NCBI RefSeq assembly: GCF_009914755.1
Contig: NC_060936.1
Strand: one strand, 5' to 3'
Length of the DNA stretch: 64,000 nucleotides
Source of the DNA: the human T2T-CHM13v2.0 reference genome, Homo sapiens
Part shown: positions 16,163 through 32,445 of the stretch, piece after piece
Numbering within the stretch: position 1 is the stretch's first letter
Layout: each line of letters opens with the position of its first letter
Program-made: the position numbers and the translations under genes
Notes under the pieces: model-generated
Told to the model about the DNA's origin: nothing
Databases searched by the model: none
What the model saw: the letters and a program-made list of their open reading frames with translations, nothing else

Positions 16163-16764
16163 AGTGCACCACTGGTCTAGACTCAACTGGTACAAGTAGG
16201 CCTGGCCTTACTTTTAAAAACATGAGTCCCCTGACTGGCAACAATCTTAATGCATTTAACTTCTAGAAACATGATAAAGGAACATTTGAAAAAATCACTA
16301 TGTTTATTCAGGAATAATGTTTCTAGAGAGATTGTGTCCAATGGTGAACAAGAATTTCCCTGGTATCTAAACTATTGGTTGCATTGTGAAGTATTATGCT
16401 TAAAACAGAATTAAACCCAGTTTGAGAGGAGTCAACAAAACAGACTTAAGTATTTGCAAGAATTTAATACAAGTTTAGTATAAAGTTTAAACTTTTATTG
16501 CATAAAGTGGGTATTATGTGTAAAAATTCCTTGATTATTTACTTTAAAAATCATTTTTGGTTAGCTCCGTAGAACAACTGAGTTTAAAAGTATGTATTTT
16601 GGCATATATTAGATTGTGTAACATTGTCACAACATATTCACTTGAGTATTTTATAAAATATAAGCAAAAAAGGCACATTTACATGTATCAATAAACATGA
16701 CATTTATATTAATTAAATGTTTAAGTCAAATAATCAGGCACAGATACTTTTAAATTAGGGGTTT

Positions 16765-16980
16765 ACCAGCCTGGGCAACATGGGCAAGAGATGCTGCTCA
16801 ACTCTACAAAAAAAAAAAAAAGTAGCTGGGCATGGTGGCACATGTCTATGGACCCAGCTACTCAGGAGGCTGCGGTGGGGGGATCACTTGAGCCTGGGAA
16901 GTCCAGGCTGCAGTGAGCAGTGTTTGTGCCACTGCACTCCAGCTTGGGCAGCAGAGTGAGACTCTGTCTCGAAAAAAAAA
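16765..16980 (+). mobile_element. 5'-truncated AluJ
   Basis: accagcctgggcaac...gatcacttgagcctggg...ggctgcagtgagc plus A tail. Confidence 0.85.
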
Positions 16981-17719
16981 ATTGGGGGTGTTTTATTTTA
17001 AAATCAAGAAATTTCCTTTTTTTTTTTTTCTGGCCCCACCAGGGCTCCTCTTTCTGCTCTCCTACCCATCCTTAAAAGTCCCTCTCTAATTCCATTTACT
17101 TATCAAGTATTTTAAGTCTATCCTCACCACAGTCAGACCTAGTCATTTATCTGCAGTTTACATATTGCACGTTGCGGCACTTTCCACCATCAGTCTGATA
17201 ATAATAACAGCTACTTTGTCCAAGATCATAGTTTGTAAATGGTAGCTAAGAAGAGCTCCACTCTGTCTGACATCAAAGTCAATAGCCCTCTTCCATATTG
17301 CATTTTGTAAGTTATAACAACTAGACAGCGATCTGCAAAGGGTTGGGATAGTATCAATAGTATCATGACATCTAGCACAGCACTGTGTACAAAATGGGTA
17401 ATCACAAATGTTAGTTAATTTGAAATGATAAATGCAAAACAGTTACTTTGTGGGTTTCTTTCTACATCACATATCATCAAGCAAAAACAGTTACTTTGAA
17501 CATACATATTGAAATTATGTATATTAATATAAATTTAATAGGTCATTTTATTGGCCCTTAAAATTCATATGTTCTTTAAACATAGCTTTGTGTTTTTTTA
17601 AGGAAAGGAATATGGGAAGCAAACCAGTGGACTATAATAATGTGTTATTCTGAAGTAAAATATTAGAAAGCAAGATAATATAATACTATTTAAGTTGGAA
17701 AATTCCACTGAAAAGAAAA

Positions 17720-18101
<382 letters not shown>

Positions 18102-18432
18102 TAGATGGTTAATGATGCACATTAAAATATAGAATAATTCTACAGAGGAAATTCACTGGTGCACAGTAGTATTTACATACCCTTCTCAAGAATTCTATGA
18201 TGTCGAATGGGCCACAAGAAATCCTATTTGACTGAGCCATCCCAAGAGAAATTATGAAGATCCATTTGTCCAGATTTTGGGGATTGCTGGTGGAAGAGAT
18301 TGTAAGATACTAGAAGACACCTCGGAAGACAGGAAATTCCTCCTGAGACAGGAGAAAGTCACATTGTGGAAGATGAGTTTGGAATTGAGAGACCAGCTTC
18401 GATAGAAAATGACCCTTTCAAGAATAGCACCA

Positions 18433-21025
<2,593 letters not shown>

Positions 21026-21244
21026 TAGCACCAGAGGGAGTTTCCGGAATGCCCTCCAGGATAGCTATTGAAAACTTGTTCTAAATTTCCTATGGAGAGA
21101 CTTCTAAAGCTAAGGTTACTCTTTGGAGGCTGAAAATGTTGTATCCATCATTTAAAGTCAATTCAAGGTTTTCTAAGAAAGAGAAAAAAACAATTTTTCC
21201 TTATTATTGAGTGTAGTGTGTATTGCACACTTTGACGCCTCTAC

Positions 21245-21585
21245 AGTAAGGTTAGTGAACTTATAACCCACATGGGAATTCCATCTAGCCATTTGCTTTT
21301 TATAAGGCCCATCAGCTAAGAACAGTTTTTACATTTTTAAGTGGTTTTCTCAAATTAAAAAATAATATTTATAATATGTGAAATGTATATGAAACTTAAA
21401 AATTAAGTGTCCATAAATATAGTTTTGTTGAAACACAGCTACACTCATTTGTTTATGTATTTCCCGTGGTTGCTTTTCTGCAACAATGGCAGAGTTGAGT
21501 AGTTACAACAGAGACTGTATAGCCCACAAAGCCCAAAATATTTACTGTCTGTATCAATTTACAGAAAAAGTTTGCCAACCTCTGA
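21245..21585. mobile_element. MER58-like hAT relic
   Basis: acagctacactcatttgttta...ggcagagttgagtagttacaacagagac...aaaaagtttgccaacctctg. Confidence 0.8.
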
Positions 21586-21649
21586 TCTACAATGATGAAG
21601 GAGCAAACGGGAGATACATAATGTGATTAATATGAATGCATGGAGAATT

Positions 21650-22800
21650 CTCCAGTGAGTTAATATCTTAGGAGTCTTGAGAAAGTTTGAAAAGAAATAT
21701 AAGAGAAAGGCTCATAAATAATAATTTTAATGAGAAATAATTTGGAGAAATAGCAAGGAATTCATAAAAATGATATCAGTGAAGCTAAAAGCTCAGAAGA
21801 TTCTCAGGCTTGTGAAAATTATTTAAGCAAGAAAAAAAGTTTTATTTGTGAGTTAAGGAAACAAGAATGGCATAAAAGCTACAGAATGGGGTAAATGGCA
21901 CAATGCTACCAAAAAGAAGAAATTAAGTTGAATTACTTAACTCTTTTTAACTCAGCTAACTCCTTAAGCATGTTCTATATTTTCTGTGGAGACATCATCA
22001 TGCAGAAAGAGCAAAATAAATATTAGCACAAAGAAATGAGAGACCAAGAGAATAAAATAGTAAAGAAATATCCATCTGTTTTAGTTTATCTCAAGGCCTG
22101 AATGATCAATATCTCAAGGTGACAGAAAGATTGGCATCTCAGTCTATCAAAAGGCCATTGACTGTTACTAAGTGGCTATCGATAATCTTTGAGAATTTGG
22201 AGAGAACCGAAGAGGGGCTTAAAATTTAGAGTTAGAAAAATCAAACCTCCAATTTTTTTTTTTAAAAAAGAATGCTGCAAACTGTGGGATTGAGAACTTG
22301 ATATGACTCCCAGTAAGACTCTAGGGTGAATTATTGAGTCTTTAAGCGCTAAGAATGGAAACTTGTGATGAGGAGGAAACTGAATAGGTTTATTATTTTT
22401 TAATCAAGCCAGAAAAAGCTCATATTTTTAGATAGAGTTATAACATATATCTTGATGTTAGGAAGTCCTTTGACAGGTTCTCTTCCTTTGCAGAAGATAT
22501 AGAAGGAATGATGTTGCAGATTAAGAAGTATCATCAAGTGCAATTACGTTGATTTGTAATTAGAGTACTTTATTGATGATATTCCCCAAAGTGCTGATTA
22601 ATGAATTAATGCCACGTTATGGCAAATTCTCCAGATGTAAGTTACTCTCTCTCTCTCGCTCTCTCTCTTCTTTTCACCAAATGATTTGGTTCAGGATATT
22701 GCTGGCATGATGCTCATGCCAAGGAGTAGCTAACATCTCATGGTAAAATCAAGATCCAAAATGATCATCAGAAATTGAAACAAAGCTATACAATTAGATC
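21650..22800 (+). mobile_element. L3/CR1 LINE reverse-transcriptase remnant
   Basis: Degenerate CR1 RT motifs: IIFENLERTEEG near 22180 (cf. IIFEKSWRTGEV) and YLDVRKSFD near 22450 (cf. YLDFSKAFD). Confidence 0.6.
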
Positions 22801-22857
22801 TCAAACAAAACAAAGCAAAACAAGAACAACAAAACAAAAGCCAAACAAAGCACATTT

Positions 22858-22995
22858 GTGGTTCTCAGTGCCAGTTGCACATTAAAATTATCCGGGGAGA
22901 CTTTTATTTAATTGGCCTGGGGTGCAACCTGGGCATCAGCATTTTAAAAACACATTCCAAAGGATTTCAAGTTCAGTGAGTGTGGAGAATCACCT
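22858..22995. mobile_element. MER5-like hAT relic
   Basis: gtggttctca...ggcctggggtgcaacctgggcatcagcattttaaaa...gagaatcac. Confidence 0.65.
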
Positions 22996-23189
22996 ATAAT
23001 ACACTAACTATGGAAGTAGAGGAAAGGGTGGTAAGTGGAATAACTATAGCCCAGTGCATGTATAGAAATGTTTAAAGGATTCTGTGGGACTGTAAGATCG
23101 ATGAACCAATGATCCTGTGAGATGTGGCAACTGAAAAAGCTAAAATTATCCTTAGTTGTAGATACCAAATAGAAAATTAGGAAATAGTA

Positions 23190-23490
23190 GGTTGGGCGCG
23201 GTGGCTCATGCCTGTAATATCCCGGCACTTTGGGAGGCCGAGGCGGGTGGATCGCTAGAGCTCAGGAATTTGAGATGAGTCTGGGCAACATAGCAAAGCC
23301 CATCTCTACAAAAAAGTACAAAAATTAGTCGGGCGTGGTGGTGTGCCCCTATAGTCTCAGCTACTCAGGAGGCTGAGGCAGGAGGATCGCTTGAGCCCGG
23401 GAGGAAGAGGTTGCAGTGAGTGCCACTGCACTCCACCCTGGGCAACAAAGTGAGACCCTGTCTCAAACAAACAACAACAACAATAAAAAC
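23190..23490 (+). mobile_element. AluJ
   Basis: Full Alu with (CAA)n tail. Confidence 0.9.
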
Positions 23491-25004
23491 CAATTAGGAG
23501 ATAGTAAAAGCTTACTTTCATTTGTAAGTAATTACTCTTATAAGGCAATTACTCTTGTATTATGCACAGTAAAAAGGATGTTTAGTGCATCATACTGTTT
23601 AATCTTCACATTAACTTTGTGAGATAGATATTATAATCCCCAATTTGTGGTGGAGAAAACTGAGGCTTAGAGAGGTTAAGTAACTTATCTAAGACTTCCG
23701 GCTGGTATCTAGTTTGGCTAAGGTTTACTGAATTATTACATGAGTAATGAAGTGAAAATGGCCTGGAGAGACCAATTGAACTGGGAATTTATTAGAAAGA
23801 AAAAATAATAAATGATATTTTAATGAAGAGTTGGTGCTTAAGTGAATACAGATAATGAAGAAAATACAATGTCAAATATTTTCTCAAGATTTTCTAGCCT
23901 AGGATATTGAAATATTTGTAGACCTATGGAAAAAATGTGCCAATAAAAAAGAGGGCTTATTTTCTGGAGAAAAATAATTTTGGTTTTTAATAATACAGGA
24001 AATATTTATAAAGTACTTACCTTCCACCAAGTATTTTATATTGATCTAATTTAAGCCTTATACAACCCTATGAAATAGGGACTATTCATATTATTCCCAT
24101 TTAGAGAAGTTTCCCAAGAGATTACAGCATAAGTGGTATAATCAGGATTTGAGCCCAGGTCAATGTGAGCGAGAGCTGGCACTCTGAATTGCTCCACAGC
24201 CACTCATGTTGAGTTTAAGGTGACTGTGTAATATCCAAGCAGAAATATGCCAGAGCAGTTGGAAATAGGTCTAAAGCACAGGCAAAATGATTAATTATAA
24301 GCGTAAGTAGTTAATAGTTTATAAATATATCTAGTAAGTAATTTTAAATGGAACATTAGCACAAACAGTTTTGTGTGTCATAAATATTTTATCACTAGTT
24401 GCTAAAAATTCTTGAATGGGACAGATATGCCCTATTTTATACAATCCCTGGTTCCTTCTTTGTAATAAATATCTCTTGCTCATCAGTGATGACAACACTG
24501 AGTTACTCTTCTTGTATCTTAGACCAAATACTCTCATTCTGGGAGGAAACTAAAAAAAAAACTAGAGTTACTTTGACTCTTGCATTCTAAATAAGTTCAT
24601 TTGTATTTAAACCATTTAAAAAATGGTTTCTATTTTTATTATTTGAAAGCTTTATTGAGGTATAATTGATATCCAATAAGCAGCACACATTTAAAGTGCA
24701 CATATTGATGAGTTTTGACATATATACACACAAGTAAAATCATTACCACAATTAAAATAGCAAATATTTCCATCATTCTAATCTATTTGGGAGCTCCTTT
24801 ATGAGCCCCTTAATAAGAACTCTAATCTATTTGGTAGTCCCTCTCTCCATCCTCATCCCCAGGTAACCACTGATGTGCTTCTTGTCTCTACAGATTAGTT
24901 TGCAGTTCCTAGAATTATTTATAAATAGACTCATAGATTTTACTTTTTATTCTTTTTTTGCCTGACTTCTTTCACTTAGAATGACTTTGAAATACATCCA
25001 TGTT

Positions 25005-25130
25005 TGGGTGGACACTATGGCCCACTTTGGGAGGCAGCACTTTGGGAGGCTGAGGCGGGCAGATCACTTGAGCCCAGGAGTTCCAGACCAGCCTGGGCAA
25101 CATGGTGAAACCCCGTCTCTACTAAAAAAC
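25005..25130 (+). mobile_element. Alu left monomer with small internal duplication
   Basis: cactttgggaggc appears twice, then gagttccagaccagcctgggcaac. Confidence 0.8.
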
Positions 25131-26168
25131 ACATTTTATATAATCAGCACTTTTCTAGAATGGAATATGTTTACTACTTCATTTACTAGTATAAGTAGTA
25201 ACGATGGACTAATATCATTGCATAAAATATCCATTGCTAAAAAAATCTCAGTACTATTTCATCACATTTATTTTCATTAAAATTCCTATTTATTCAGATT
25301 CATTTTATCATAATTTTTTCCAGTCCCTAATCCTTTGGGTTCATAATTTCTCTCTACTCTTTAACATCTTTTTTTTTTCAAAAATCAAAACTTGCATTTG
25401 GTATTGAGCAGAATACCTTTCAAAGCAATAGGTAAGTCATCATCAGCACAACATCTATATTTGAAGCAAATTGCAGCATTTGCTGAATTCTAGCACTTTT
25501 TTCTGCATCCTTCTGTCAAAATTGATAACCATCTTTACATTATAAAGTTATATTTTTAGTTGTCTGAAAATCCCGGACAGTGCACTTATCAATTCGTATC
25601 AGAAAATGTTATTATCTTTAAATGCCAGATGATGGATAATATAATACCATCATAAAAGTCAAAGGTAAGAATAAAACTAGTAGATATTCCAAAGGAAGTA
25701 CCTCTGTGACATAAATAATTTTTGTCATTTTCTCTAATATGCTGCAAATGTATTTCTAACTCTAAAAAAAAAAAATCCTTTCACAGAATCAAAATTACAT
25801 TTGATTTAGAGTGCCACTAAATATTAACCCAGACCTTCTAGCAGTTGTTTAGAAGAGAGGAGATCACAGGAACATCTCTAGCTGTTGGGTTGTTTCCCAA
25901 CAATTGGAAATAAATCTCCTCGAGATTAGTCTTATGTAGCATTTACTTCCTTTTGTATCCAAATTGTGTTCAGTATTGATAAATGATACATAACAGGAAG
26001 CATTTTGTGTCTGTTCGAGTGTGAAGCTGTCTACACTGAAACATAAATCAGAACTGCCCTTTTCTCCCCATTAACATATCAGCTTTTTTTTTTTAACTGA
26101 GAAAATAATTTATTTAATTGTAAAGCAGGAATTTTATTTTTAAAAACCATTTAAGAATAACCATTAAT

Positions 26169-26470
26169 GCCGGGTGCAGTGGCTCAGGCCTGCTAGCACT
26201 TTGGGAGGATGACGCGGGTGGATTGCCTGAGCTCAGGAGTTCTAGACCAGCCTGGGCAACACGGTGAAACCGTCTCTACTAAAAATACAAAAAAATTAGC
26301 TGGGTGTGGTGGCGTGCACCTGTAATCCCAGCTACTCGGGAGAATCACTTGAACCCAGGAGGTGGAGGTTGCAGTGAGCCGTGATCGCGCCACTGCCCTC
26401 CAGCCTGAGCAACAGAGTGAGACTCCGTCTCAAAAAACCAAACCAAACGAAAACAAACAAACAAACAAAA
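26169..26470 (+). mobile_element. Alu with TSD aagaataaccat
   Basis: Dimeric Alu flanked by AAGAATAACCAT on both sides. Confidence 0.9.
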
Positions 26471-26927
26471 AGAATAACCATAATTACCATTAACGAGATC
26501 TTGAATTTGTCCATTGGAGATTTAAATTTTAGTGAATTTTTTAAAAATCAAAAAATTGACTCCGAAGCAACCCTTTTCTCTAAACTTTCAGGCTAGATAA
26601 TTTCTTTGGTTCAGGACTTAAACCATTAAATTCTCCCTACTCCAGACTGGATCCAAGACAACTTGAGTAATAGAGAAGCAAGATTCTTAACTGATGTGTA
26701 GTCTACTTCTTCTCCTTCAAAGCTCACTAATTCAGGATTTTTGTGTTTTTTTTTTAATTGTTTTATTTTATTGGATGTGAGATTTTTTTGGCAAGGATTG
26801 AAATAGGAGACACAGTGAAATGGTAGAGAAAAATGTAAATTTCATTTTATCAAAGACGCCCACTGCACTATACATCAAACTAGTGCAATGGCTCTTCAAA
26901 TAAATTGCTTGGCAATGGAAACAAATA

Positions 26928-27050
26928 GGCCAGATGCGGTGGCTCACGCCTGTAATCCTAACACTTTAGAAGGCTCAGGCAGGTCAATCACTTGAGTTTA
27001 GGAGTTCGAGACCAGCCTGGGCAACATGGTGAAACCCCTGTCTCTACAAA
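26928..27050 (+). mobile_element. Alu left arm fused directly to the ERV 5' LTR
   Basis: Ends at tctctacaaa and is immediately followed by LTR sequence ccaaacagcttagc. Confidence 0.85.
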
Positions 27051-27846
27051 CCAAACAGCTTAGCTTCAAACCAGGTTTTAAAACCTTTTTTCCTTTCCTC
27101 TTTTCTCCCCAGTCTCAAGATACAGTTCTAAAATAAACTACACGTGTTTTATACCCTCAAAATATTTTCTTTCCTCTGTTCTCCCCAATCTCAAGATATA
27201 ACTTCGAGACGAAATACATATGTGCTTCCTTTCCTCTTAAAATACAGCCTCAAAATGTATTATAAACCTCCACTCCCTTTCTTTTCCTGTACTATACTCC
27301 CATGCCTTCTGCATATTTATTTACTTGAATGCTTCTTAAGTGCGTGACACACTCACATATCTGGTCATATATTTCCTTAAAAGCTTCAGAGGCCAGATCC
27401 TGATATGGACCAGATACCTCTGAAAATCTCTCCCCAGTAAAGGCAGAAACTCACTCCCAGCTAGAGATTGACCAAAAGATTGACTGAGTAATTTATAATC
27501 TATCTGGGCCCAAAATGGCATTGGCCCCTTCACCAAATAAAACAGTAATTAAAAATAAGCAACTGGAGGCCAGGCGCGGGGGCTCACGCCTGTAATCCCA
27601 GCACTTTGGGAGGCTGAGGCGGGCGGATCACAAGGTCAGGAGATCGAGACCATCCTGGCTAACACGGTGAAACCCCGTCTCTACTAAAAATACAAAAAAT
27701 TAGCCGGGCGAGGTGGCGGGCGCCTGTAGTCCCAGCTACTCGGGAGGCTGAGGCAGGAGAATGGCGTGAACCCCAGGGGGCGGAGCCTGCAGTGAGCCGA
27801 GATTGCGCCACTGCACTCCAGCCTGGGCGACAGCGAGACTCCGTCT

Positions 27847-27880
<34 letters not shown>

Positions 27881-28150
27881 AGCAACTGGAGCAGATCGCA
27901 CCACCTGGCAACTCCTAGCCCCCTTCTTCTCCCGCATTCCAAACCCCTCTCTACAAAAAAACAAACAAACAAAAAAAAAAAACCTGTGCTCCCTCCACCA
28001 AGGGAAAGTGGACATTTTTGGAAAGAATCCCACCTGCTCTTATCCTTGCTAACATGGATAATAAAGTCTTGCTCTCTTTCTATCACACCTCATTATTATT
28101 TTGACTTCTTTTCACAAACAACAAACCGTGGACCCCTTTTGCTGGATACA
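27045..28150 (+). mobile_element. 5' LTR (contains AluY at 27568-27880)
   Basis: Aligns with 34681-35746; AATAAA at 28060-28065; ends ...gctggataCA. Confidence 0.85.
27568..27880 (+). mobile_element. Young AluY (Ye-like)
   Basis: AluY diagnostics (gagatcgagaccatcctggctaacacgg), long pure A tail, perfect 17-bp TSD AAAAATAAGCAACTGGA. Confidence 0.92.
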
Positions 28151-28155
28151 ATTTT

Positions 28156-28173
28156 TGGTGGCCAGGACGGAGA
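28156..28173 (+). other. Retroviral primer-binding site, tRNA-Ile(AAU)-like
   Basis: TGGTGGCCAGGACGGAGA matches 15/18 to TGGTGGCCCGTACGGGGA, the complement of the tRNA-Ile 3' end; located 5 nt after the LTR end. Confidence 0.7.
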
Positions 28174-29773
28174 GCACCATGCGTTCCCAAGGGGCCCTGG
28201 GCTTGCCAGACTGATCCCCTGTCAGACAGGGCATGGAGCCTCCTATGAGTGCCAGCTGCTCGTGGCTAGCTGACCCTGTGGCCAGAACATTAGAGGAGCT
28301 CCCAGCAGCTGCCTAGGCACCTTTGTTTCAGGGAACCTCCCTTTCTTTTCCTGCCGTGGCATCTGCTGCTTCCAATGCTTTGCTGATAAAAAGAAAGTGA
28401 CATTTTGAAGAAGTTGACAAACTTTGGAACTGAGTTGTTGGTGTGCACCCAACCTTCCTCTGCCTCTTCTGGGGTGTTGCTGGGGCTCTGCTCTGTTTAG
28501 ACTTAGCTGCTGGCATCACCATTTAGGCATTTTTATGCATTTGTACTTGTGACACACTCAGGGCTTTGCTCACATCGACTCAATCATCTAGGAGGACAGG
28601 TTAAAATTAAGATATGAAATGTGGAACTCTACCCAGACCCGTATGGGGATTTGTTTGGAAGCAAGCTGTTTGTATACATTTGTATTTGTTTGTATTTGTG
28701 GCATCCTCAGGGCTTTGCTCACATCCAACTCTGTCACCTGGGGGGCCGTTTTGTGATATTTGTGTTTGTATGGGCCCTGATCTCTCTCTTTCCCCTTCTT
28801 CCAACTTCATCCTCTTGATTATCTTGGAAGCTACCCACAGCCTTACTCCTCTGGGCCCAAAGCACCCTTAACTCCCTCTGGCTGGAAATGGCTCACCTTG
28901 ACTGGCGACTTGTGGAGGTGGGAGATATTTGTCCCACACCATGTAGGTCTGGGGTGCTAAGGCTCTCCCTGATGGAAGATAAATATGGGTGGGTTGGGGG
29001 TACTGACCCCACACCCACAGTAGCTGAAAGGCTCACAAGCCCTCCTGTAAAACTTGACCTCTTTCCTCTCCATTCCTTTCTTTTCTCTTTCCCTTGTTCT
29101 GTTCAATCTAGGGGTCTAGCCTTGAAAGGGAAAAACAGTTTCCAACATTCTGGCCTCTAATTTTGTCGTTCTCTTTGAAACTCCAAGTGGTTACATATTA
29201 TGGCCCATTTCTCTGCACATTTTAAACTGATAGACAAATTACAACAAAAAAATTCAAAGCTCAAAGAGTGAACCTACACTATAGAGTTAAATAGAGTCTT
29301 ATAAAACTCTATCTTTCTTTTTCCTGCCTGCTTTAAATCTACTGTTACTAAACTGCTAGTACTGAGAGAAGACTCATTATTTATGGCCTAACTACAATAT
29401 AAACATTAAAACTCATTTAAAGTATATATTTTAAAAAGGTTTTGTTAAACCAAACTGCCATAAAGACTACTTTACCCCAGATTTTGGTTCACAGCCTTGC
29501 TTAGATTACCTAGCAGGGCAAACCAAGTTTAGCCATGTGAACAGGTTCCAATTTTATCAAAAAAATAACCTAAGAGTCACCTATCTTTTATATGTCCGTG
29601 AGTTGGTGGTGCTGTCTCATGACTAGAGCTCCAAGGTAAAAGCTATTGAATCTTTGTGTATGTACGTATACATGTTTAGCTATGGATACATAATATAATA
29701 GTTACATTCTGTCTTGTGTCTAACATACTACCAAATTGACATGTAGGTAAGTGAATACTCATAAATTAATCCC

Positions 29774-30065
29774 GGCTGGGTGAAGTGGCTCATGCCAGTA
29801 ATCTCAGCACTTTGGGAGGCTGAGGAAGGTGGACTGCTTGAACCCAGGAGTTTGAGACCAGCCTGGGCAACAGGGCGAAACCCTGTCTCTTAAAAAAATA
29901 TAAAAACTAGCTGAGTATAGTGATGATGCCTGTAGCCCCAGCTACTCTGGAGGCTGAGGTGAGAGGATCACTTGATCCTGGGGAGGCTGAGGCTGCAGTG
30001 AGCCATGATCACACCATTGCACTGCAGCCTGGGTGACAGAGTGAGATCCTGTCTCAAAAAAATAA
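29774..30065 (+). mobile_element. AluJ inside the ERV
   Basis: J-type diagnostics (gaggctgaggctgcagtgagccatgatc). Confidence 0.88.
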
Positions 30066-30686
30066 AATTAAGCCCAAATGCTTTACAAGTTCACATGCAC
30101 CTTTGATAAATAAGCCTGCCTTAAAAATTATTAACAAAATAACATTTAAAATGTTTAAAAAACTATTAACATATATTTTTGTTTGAGTTTATTGATTAAA
30201 TGGTTTCATATTCATCTCTGCCAAATATTATTAGGTGTCAAAATTTGGCATAAAAATTATAAAAGTATAAACCCACCCAAAACCAAAATATTTTTGCTTA
30301 TATAATTTTTAATAAATGAAACACTTAATATTGAATAAAAGCAACTAAATCTTCTAAATGATCAACAAAATGTCCATGTGTTTAACGTTTAAATTCTTAA
30401 ACACCTTATGTTCATAAACTTTGAAATAGTTAAGAAAAAAATAACTTTAAATCATGACCATCCCTATATAATGTTTTCAAAAGTAATCTAAATAAACAAT
30501 TAAAATAAAAAATTGAGTATGTATGAGATAAATGCTTATAAGTAAAACTTTGTACATAATTTAAAATCTTAAAATCATTATAGATGCTTATTAAATGTCT
30601 GTGCCATTTCCAATTAAAAAATTTATTATATGAAAAACATATTCCAAAATTGTAGAATGGTTCTCATCTATAAAATGCTAAAACTT

Positions 30687-31023
<337 letters not shown>

Positions 31024-31083
31024 TTAAAAAATTAAATCTGCTTTTAGTAAAAAGTTATAAATGGTATAAAAATACAATTTTTT

Positions 31084-31414
<331 letters not shown>

Positions 31415-32127
31415 TGTATATATGATTTGTGTTAAAAAATATAATTTTGTCTAATCCAAAGAGTTTTAAAAATTACCTTAACAAAACAAAATTAAAAATT
31501 TAAATAAATATAAAAAATTTGTAAAGAGTTCATCTTATTTTAAAAGTTCTATAAGCATAAACAAGTTGACTAAAATTTAAAGGGAATTATTTAGTTTCTC
31601 CATAGGTTAAACATTAAAATAAAAATATACTAATCCAGGGCCAAAATATGGGACCGTGTGTCTAAATAACAGGGTTTTCTCAAAAAATTAATCTACTTTT
31701 TAACAAAAAATTATAGTTATAAAAATTTTATAAAAATTTTACCTTACAATCATTATAATTAAACAGTTTTATTAAAAATTGGGTTTAACATTAATAATAC
31801 ACAAATACAAAAGTAAAATTTACCTTTCTCTTTTAAACAACACTTTCATATAATATTAAAAACAATAAAAGATTTTTATTTGCCTTTTAAATAAGCAACA
31901 AATAAAGAAGAAAAAAAGAGACATGCTGGCTTCATGCTGTTTTTATTGGATCCTATTTAAAAAACAGTCTCCCTCTATCAATGAGTAGAGATTTTTGTCT
32001 TAATTATTTTTTATTTATCACTTGTACTAAATAACTGACAATAACCTAAAATTTTATTTATTTTATAATATCAAGTATTTAAGCCTAGAATACTTGACAA
32101 ACTTTTCAAAGTCAAATTCTAAATTAA

Positions 32128-32445
<318 letters not shown>

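Noticed and set aside
18180-18430. Purine-rich, coding-like sequence flanking the L1 insertion
   Set aside because: No sustained ORF, splice signals or recognisable protein; may be decayed repeat sequence.
27659-28273. 116-156 aa ORFs with poly-K/poly-F
   Set aside because: Read-through of AluY and its A tail.
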